Positions 58,122 to 64,000 of a stretch of DNA of 64,000 nucleotides are shown piece after piece. The notes under the pieces are model-generated. The model was not told the origin of the DNA. It saw only the letters and a program-made list of their open reading frames with translations, and did not search any database. Made by a program: the position numbers and the translations under genes. This DNA is from Candidatus Lustribacter sp. (GTDB lineage Bacteria; Vulcanimicrobiota; Vulcanimicrobiia; Vulcanimicrobiales; Vulcanimicrobiaceae): contig OZ255842.1 of the NCBI GenBank assembly GCA_965277805.1, positions 1,952,001 through 2,016,000 on the forward strand, written 5' to 3'. How positions within the stretch are numbered: position 1 is the first letter of the stretch; every line of letters starts with the position of its first letter.

Positions 58122-58640
58122 TTAGGGCGCGGAACTGCTCCGCGCGCGCGGCTGAAGTCCGCGCATTTGCCGCGCCGACATCGAGATCATCAGCAAGAAA
58201 CGCCCGGCCGACGGCGGCCCGAAGCGTCCGCCTCCGGGCGGTCCCCCCGGCGGCGGTCCGGCTCCGGGCGGCGGACCGCCGGGCGGCGGGCCACCCGCAC
58301 TGCCCATCGCGGCACGCATGGCCTCGCGCGCCTTGGTCATCGCGGCAAGCACGGCTTTCTGCTCGTCGGGCGTGAGCAGCGCGTCGATTTGCCCGCTCGC
58401 CGCACGCCGGTCGAGCGTCCCCGCCGCAACTTGCGCGACGATCGCGTTCACGCTCGCCGCATGCGCCGGCGTGAGCGCCCCGTACGCGGCGCTCTTGGCA
58501 TCGGCGCGCACCTTCTCCAGCGCCGCCTGCTGCTGCGGCGTGGGCGGCCCGCCCATGCCGGGTGGACCTTGCTGGGCGAACGCGCCGGCCGGCACGGCAA
58601 GCAGCAAGCCGAGAGAACAGAGCATCCACAAGCGCTTCAT
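58122..58640 (-). CDS. Secreted helical Pro/Gly-rich protein (Spy/CpxP-like LTxxQ motifs)
   Basis: Signal peptide AFA|Q, PTPQQQ, LTPAH, LTPDEQK and GGPPPG repeats. Confidence 0.65.
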   Translation of the reverse strand: MKRLWMLCSLGLLLAVPAGAFAQQGPPGMGGPPTPQQQAALEKVRADAKSAAYGALTPAHAASVNAIVAQVAAGTLDRRAASGQIDALLTPDEQKAVLAAMTKAREAMRAAMGSAGGPPPGGPPPGAGPPPGGPPGGGRFGPPSAGRFLLMISMSARQMRGLQPRARSSSAP

Positions 58641-58754
58641 GCCACGCACATTACTCCGCCTACCGTAAAGCATCCTGAGAACGTGCTTAGAACGCAAAGC
58701 CGCCCCTCCCCCGCAGCCCGGTATCTCCCGATCGGAGCCGCGGCGCGGTGAGCG

Positions 58755-59015
58755 TCACGCGCGTTCGCGAACGACGTTCTCGGTCACGCTCTTGATGAGG
58801 TTTTCGATTTGGGTGATACGCTCGCGGTTGATCGTTCGCCGATTGTAATTTTCGGTAGAAAGCACGTAGCCTGACTGCTCGCTCTTCGACAATTCGACGT
58901 TCTCCGCGCTCATGGCGTAGAGTTGGCAGGCCAGATCGCGCAAGATTGCGTGGAGTTGGTGACGCTCGAAGTCATCCATTGGTACGACAAGCGCTCGCTT
59001 GACGAGCTGATGCAC
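58755..59015 (-). CDS. Small hypothetical helical protein
   Basis: Protein-like composition (MDDFERHQLHAILRDLACQL...). An alternative start lies at MDDF. Confidence 0.5.
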   Translation of the reverse strand: MHQLVKRALVVPMDDFERHQLHAILRDLACQLYAMSAENVELSKSEQSGYVLSTENYNRRTINRERITQIENLIKSVTENVVRERA

Positions 59016-59431
59016 AAACAGAACTAATTTCTCCGCTCCGGTACGCTAGCCTACGCCGCGGAAAAGCGCCTGTCGGTACGCTCGCTGACCGCGGCGTCCT
59101 CCAGCGTACCAAAGAGTTTGTATGTGCTCGGAGCAGGGTACACGTCATTGGTGCATGCGAGTGATCCAGTCACTGGCATGCCTATGTGTGTAACTTCGTC
59201 TCCGCGGGAGACGATGTGAAGTGAGTAAACGTTGCGAGAGCAGCGACTATCGAACACGCCGGCACTTACAAGGCGCCGGGAACTTGGCATTGAGATCCTC
59301 AGGCCGCGCGCCGTGGAACTCCTTGCGCGCTCGAGCTTTGCGCCGGTCCGGATGACCTGTGCGGCGCTCGGCGTTGCTTGCGGGAACATCGAGCCTGCCC
59401 GCGGCCGCGCGCCGGCGTTGGTCTAGCCGCG

Positions 59432-62400
59432 ATGGACGACGAAGAGGAACAGCTCCGGGTTGTGCTGGAGGCGACGCCGATTGCCATCGTGGTCGGCGAC
59501 AGCCGCGGCACGATCGTGCTCGCGAACACGCACGCGCAGACGGTGTTCGGTTATACCGCCGATGAAATGATCGGACGCGATTCCAACGTGCTCGTACCGG
59601 AACGCTTCCAGGCTGCATTTGCCGGCCTGCGCGCTGAGTATCTCGCGGCGCCGGCCGGCCGGCCGATGGACCGCGGTAATGAACTCTACGGCTTGCGCAA
59701 AGACGGAAGCGAAGTTCCGATCGAGATCGGCCTCAACCCCGTGCGAACGCGCCGCGGGCAATACATTCTGGCCGCCATCATCGACATCTCGGAACGTTTA
59801 CTCGCCGAAGAGCGGACGCACAGCGAAGAGCAAATGCGTCTGGTCCTCGACGGTTCGGCCGACGCTATGCTCGTAACCGATGCCGGCGGCCGCATCACGC
59901 TCGTGAATAACCGCTTCGAGATGATGTTCGGCTACTTGCGGCCGGAGCTGTTGAAGAACTCGATCGAGATGCTGATTCCGGAACGTTTCCGCGAGGCTCA
60001 CCGGGCAGAACACGGCAACCAGCTCGGGCGACCCGGCGCGGGGCGCCGCGAGTTCTGGGGCCTGCACAAGGACGGCCGCGAAGTGTCGATCGAGGTCGGG
60101 CTTAGCCCCCTGAATACGACGCGCGGTGAGTACGTGCTCGCCTCTGTCGTCGACGTCACCGCCCGCAAGCGCGCCGAAGAAATACGGCTGGCCGATGTCG
60201 CGCACGCCGTCGAAATCAGCGCGCTCAATGCGGAAAAGGCCGTCGTCGAAAAATCGCTTGCGGGGTCGGAACGGCGCGTTCGCCGGCAATCCGGCCGGCT
60301 TGCATCCTTGTGGCGAATCGTCAATACGCCGAGCCTGCACGGCGCGGAACTGGTCGACGCGATGCTGCGCGAAGCCGCGACCGCCATCCGCCCCGGACAA
60401 GTCTACGCCGGCATGCTGGGCCATATCGAGGGAGCCGATTTCGTATTGGATGCCGTTGCCGGACAAGCCGGCAGCAACGACGCCGTTGCGACCGAGCGTA
60501 TTCTTCGCTTCGGCGAACGCGTCGACGTGAACGAAACGCTCCTCGCGCGCAATGTTGATGGCGCACGTACGCAAGCGTGGGACGATTGCCAAGCTCTTCC
60601 CGATCTGCCGCTGCGCGCACGGGAAGCCGGCTTACGCAGTCAAATCGTCACGCATTTCTTCGCAAACGGCGCAGCGTTCGTGCTCTGCCTGGCCTCGCTC
60701 GAGGCGCCCTCGGAGGTCCCGTTTGGACCGCCGGATTACGAGTATGTCGAAGTGTTGGCGTCGTTCTTCGCGCGCCACCTCGAACAGGAACGGCTGGAAG
60801 GCTCGTTGCGTGCCGCCGAGGCGCGTGCGCGACAGCATGCCGAACGCCTCGCGGCCCTGTGGCAAGTTGCCAACAACCCGCTCTTGCGCGGCCAAGACTT
60901 GCTCTTTTCCATGCTGCGCCAAGGGGCGTCTGCACTCCGGTCGCAGCAACGCTTCCAAGGCTTGCTCGGACGCATCGAAGGTGACGAGGTCGTGGTGATC
61001 GGCATCGGCGCGGAGTCCGGTACCAGAGGCGCGATCGCAAACGTAAGGATCGGCCGGCGCACACCGCTCGACGAAACGCTGGTTCCGAGCACCACCGGCA
61101 CCCGTGCGTGGGACGACATCTCAGCCCTAAGCACGGCGCCCCCGTCGCTGGCGTTCCTCGGCTGGCGGTCGGCAATTACGACGCAGTTTACCGCCGGCGC
61201 GTCGCAGTACTGGCTGATCTTCGGGTCGTCCGAACCGACGGCCACCTCGTTCGACGAGGAGGACCACGCCTATATCGACGTGCTCGCTTCGTCATTTGCA
61301 AACCAGCTCCAAGTCACCACCCTCGAAGGCTCGCTGACCGAAGAGGTGGAGCGATCGCGCCGGCACATCGAGCGGCTCGACGCGCTGCAAAGCATCGTGA
61401 ACAACCCGGACCTGCAACATGAGGAATTGCTGCAGGCCATGTTGGGTCAAGCCGCCGCCGCCATTCGGCCCGGCCAGAACTTCCGCGGCGTGCTCTGGTT
61501 CGTCGAAGGCTCGGAACTCACCATCAAAGCGGTCGCGTCGAGCCGGCCGATTCTCGATGAGTTCCCGCCGGTCGGAAACTCGATACCGATCGCACAAACC
61601 TTCATCGGTTCCGTCATCGAGGGCGGTCGCGGAACCCATTCGTGGAACCACATAAAAACCGCCGAGCGCAGCCGGCTCGCACGCCGGTATGACACGGAAT
61701 CGCTGATCGTAACAACCTTTCGGGCCGGGACGACCAGTTGGGGCCTCTCCTTCGCATCGAGCGAAGCGACGCCCGACCCCATCGGTTCCGAGGACTACGC
61801 CTACATGGAAGTCCTGGCGTCGTTCTTCGCCAATCATCTGCAACAGCGTTGGCAGTTCGAGCGGCTCGAGTACCACCAGGCGCACGACGTGCTCACGGGC
61901 CTGCTCAGCCGATCGCAGTTTCGTTCGCAAGCGCGCGCCGCCGCGGCGCACTGCCGGAGCTTCGCGATCATTCTCGTGAACATCGACGCGTTCCGCGAAG
62001 TCAACGAGGCGCGCGGCCACATGATCGGCGACGCAGTGCTCGTGGAAGTCGGCAATGCGCTCCGCCAGCGCGCGATCGGAGACGAGATCGTCGGCCGCAT
62101 CGAAGGCGACGTGTTCGGAATCTACGTTCCCGAACCGGTCTCCCTCAGCGCCGTTCACAGCCGCGCGCTCGACTACGCCGGCGTGTTCGCGGCGGCATTT
62201 TCGACCGGCGACCGGGCCGGCACCGATCTGATCGCGCGCACGGGAAGCCTCGGCATCGCGGTTGCGCCGGAAGACGGTACGCTCATCGATGCGGTGCTTC
62301 TGCGGGCCGGCACGGCGCTGGCGAATGCGAAAACGCGCGGACATGGCTCGGTGGTGTTTTACGAAGCGGGCATGGAGGGGGACGCGACGCGACGCACCGC

Positions 62401-63169
62401 CCTGCTGAACGAAATCGCCGAAGCCCTGGTCAAAGATCAGTTCGTGCTCTACTACCAGCCGCACGTTGAAATCAGCACCGGCAAGGTGACCGGGTGCGAA
62501 GCGCTGATCCGCTGGAACCATCCCACGCGGGGTCTGCTTTTGCCGAGCCACTTCATCCCGTTCGCCGAGGCCAACGGCGCGATCGCCAACATCGATGCCT
62601 GGGTGATGCGCAACGCGCTGGCCGGCGCGAACGAGTTGGCCGCGTTGCGCCCGGGTTTCCGCGTCTTCTTCAACCTGTCCGGACGCCAAGCCGGTAATTT
62701 GAAAATCATTCGCGAGTTTACCACGGCTGCTCGCAACGGCGTGACGCTGGCCAATATCGGGGTTGAAATCACCGAATCGGACGCGATGCGCGACGTCGAA
62801 GCGACCCGCCACGTCTGTCGCGCGCTCCGCCGGCTGAACATCCGCATCGCAATCGACGACTTCGGCACCGGCTACTCGTCGTTGTCGTTCCTCAAGCGGC
62901 TCCCGGTGGACGTGGTCAAGATCGATCGCAGCTTCATATCGGGAATCTTGACCGACCCGCACGATGCGACGATCGCCGAAACGATCATCGCGATCACCAA
63001 AAACTTCGGCTTCGATTCGCTGGCCGAAGGCGTGGAAGATTTCGCGGAAGCGGATTGGCTGCGCGAACGCGCGTGCCGCTACATGCAGGGTTTCGCCATT
63101 TGCCGCCCCCTGCCGCTCGAGGGCTTCAAACACTGGATCGACGCCCGCAACGAACGGGAAACGGCTTAG
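59432..63169 (+). CDS. PAS-PAS-3xGAF-like-GGDEF(degenerate)-EAL c-di-GMP phosphodiesterase
   Basis: Two PAS domains, three internal repeats, HDVLTGL...RIEGDVF, CEALIRW, DDFGTGYSS, AEGVE, MQG. Confidence 0.9.
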   Translation: MDDEEEQLRVVLEATPIAIVVGDSRGTIVLANTHAQTVFGYTADEMIGRDSNVLVPERFQAAFAGLRAEYLAAPAGRPMDRGNELYGLRKDGSEVPIEIGLNPVRTRRGQYILAAIIDISERLLAEERTHSEEQMRLVLDGSADAMLVTDAGGRITLVNNRFEMMFGYLRPELLKNSIEMLIPERFREAHRAEHGNQLGRPGAGRREFWGLHKDGREVSIEVGLSPLNTTRGEYVLASVVDVTARKRAEEIRLADVAHAVEISALNAEKAVVEKSLAGSERRVRRQSGRLASLWRIVNTPSLHGAELVDAMLREAATAIRPGQVYAGMLGHIEGADFVLDAVAGQAGSNDAVATERILRFGERVDVNETLLARNVDGARTQAWDDCQALPDLPLRAREAGLRSQIVTHFFANGAAFVLCLASLEAPSEVPFGPPDYEYVEVLASFFARHLEQERLEGSLRAAEARARQHAERLAALWQVANNPLLRGQDLLFSMLRQGASALRSQQRFQGLLGRIEGDEVVVIGIGAESGTRGAIANVRIGRRTPLDETLVPSTTGTRAWDDISALSTAPPSLAFLGWRSAITTQFTAGASQYWLIFGSSEPTATSFDEEDHAYIDVLASSFANQLQVTTLEGSLTEEVERSRRHIERLDALQSIVNNPDLQHEELLQAMLGQAAAAIRPGQNFRGVLWFVEGSELTIKAVASSRPILDEFPPVGNSIPIAQTFIGSVIEGGRGTHSWNHIKTAERSRLARRYDTESLIVTTFRAGTTSWGLSFASSEATPDPIGSEDYAYMEVLASFFANHLQQRWQFERLEYHQAHDVLTGLLSRSQFRSQARAAAAHCRSFAIILVNIDAFREVNEARGHMIGDAVLVEVGNALRQRAIGDEIVGRIEGDVFGIYVPEPVSLSAVHSRALDYAGVFAAAFSTGDRAGTDLIARTGSLGIAVAPEDGTLIDAVLLRAGTALANAKTRGHGSVVFYEAGMEGDATRRTALLNEIAEALVKDQFVLYYQPHVEISTGKVTGCEALIRWNHPTRGLLLPSHFIPFAEANGAIANIDAWVMRNALAGANELAALRPGFRVFFNLSGRQAGNLKIIREFTTAARNGVTLANIGVEITESDAMRDVEATRHVCRALRRLNIRIAIDDFGTGYSSLSFLKRLPVDVVKIDRSFISGILTDPHDATIAETIIAITKNFGFDSLAEGVEDFAEADWLRERACRYMQGFAICRPLPLEGFKHWIDARNERETA

Positions 63170-64000
63170 CCGGCGAGCGCCTCGAGCGCAGCCGTCGCCC
63201 GTTCCCACGCTTCGAACGCCCGCTCGCTCTCCATCCGCACCCGGTCGAGTTCGAGCTGCAACGTGATCACCGCCGACGGATCTGCGTACAGGTCCGATGC
63301 CGCGAACCGCGCCTCGAGCCGCGCTTTCTCCGCATCCAGGTCCGCGACGCGCTTCTCCGCATCGAGCACGGCGCGCTTGCGCCGGCCCGCGTCGAGCTTC
63401 GCCTCGTGCGCGGCACGCTTGCCGTTCTGCCCGCCCTTCGCACCCGGCCGCGCATCGTTCGACGTCGCCGCCGTCGGCAACGTGTGCTGGCGCTGCTCGT
63501 AGGTCTCGTAATCGCCGTCGACGATCGTCGCGTGTCCGTCGCGTATCGCGATCACGCGTTCCGCCAAGCGTTTGAGCAAATACCGGTCGTGCGACACGAC
63601 GAACAGCGCCCCGTCGTACGAAGCGAGCACGTCTTCGAGCGCTTCGCGGCTGGGAATGTCCAGATCGTTCGTCGGCTCATCGAGAAACAGACAATCGGCG
63701 CGCTGCGCCATCAACCGCGCGAGCATGATGCGCCGCCGCTCGCCGCCGCTGAACGCCTCCACCGGCTTGTCGACCGCATCGCCGCCGAGGTTCAAGCGCC
63801 CGAGCAGCGAGCGCGCTTCCTCGCCGGTCACGCCCATCTGCTGTACGGCATCCGCCGCCGACATGCCGGCCGGCAGATCGTCGACCGAACTCTGCGAATA
63901 CGCTGCCGTCGTGAGACCGACGCCGTAGCGCACGCTCCCCTTGTCCGGCGTCATGTCGCCGGAGATGATGCGCAAGAGCGTCGTCTTCCCCGCGCCGTTC
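63166..64000 (-). CDS. ABC-F family ATP-binding protein (5' part lies outside the window)
   Basis: NGAGKTTL at the window edge, FSGGERRR, FLDEPTNDLD, VVSHDRY and a C-terminal coiled coil. Confidence 0.92.
   Translation of the reverse strand, partial: NGAGKTTLLRIISGDMTPDKGSVRYGVGLTTAAYSQSSVDDLPAGMSAADAVQQMGVTGEEARSLLGRLNLGGDAVDKPVEAFSGGERRRIMLARLMAQRADCLFLDEPTNDLDIPSREALEDVLASYDGALFVVSHDRYLLKRLAERVIAIRDGHATIVDGDYETYEQRQHTLPTAATSNDARPGAKGGQNGKRAAHEAKLDAGRRKRAVLDAEKRVADLDAEKARLEARFAASDLYADPSAVITLQLELDRVRMESERAFEAWERATAALEALAG

Noticed and set aside
58225-58300. GC-rich short repeats
   Set aside because: They encode GGPPPG low-complexity peptide and are not a CRISPR or DNA-level repeat.
59260-59431. 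Possible c-di-GMP riboswitch upstream of the EAL gene
   Set aside because: Only generic GC hairpins are present, without the GGCAAAC...GAAA...GACGCAAAGC pattern. A covariance-model search would settle it.
6869-63208. Long antisense ORFs, e.g. 6869-8206, 10449-11519, 31569-32900, 51889-53301, 61292-63208
   Set aside because: They lie opposite well-supported genes, are Arg/Ala-rich and lack motifs. These are typical high-GC shadow frames.

Overview
High-GC bacterial chromosome segment from a diderm organism (TonB-dependent receptors, TolC-type channel, secretin). The gene content is reminiscent of Ca. Eremiobacterota/Vulcanimicrobiota, but that assignment is inference only. From left to right: (1) 1-13 kb, an envelope module with two YncE-like beta-propellers, an RND pump fused to a TolC-like channel through an internal signal peptide, its adaptor, an OmpR-type two-component system, a phosphoesterase and a TonB-dependent receptor, with Pho-box-like direct repeats in three promoter regions. 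(2) 13-25 kb, an FAD monooxygenase, fdhA, a PP2C/HATPase fusion, a frameshifted XRE-MmyB regulator, cupin/AKR genes, a thioredoxin-SBP fusion facing a DUF2249-Crp regulator, and a prolyl oligopeptidase. (3) 25-38.6 kb, four IPNS-family Fe(II)/2OG dioxygenases (two paralogous pairs) with a cytosine-deaminase-like enzyme, NCS1 permease, TonB receptor, SBP and GntR regulator. This is the best candidate for an undescribed modified-nucleobase scavenging pathway. (4) 38.6-49 kb, accessory genes: orphan secretin, unknown secreted protein, SDR/AraC, two dienelactone hydrolases, FecR and Vgb-like proteins. (5) 49-64 kb, core genes (coaD, rsmD, recG, hisIE, hisF, tRNA-Cys, tRNA-Gly, modBC), a large PAS/GAF-GGDEF-EAL protein and a partial ABC-F gene. 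No CRISPR array, transposase or integrase was recognised. All product calls come from motif recognition by eye, not from database searches.
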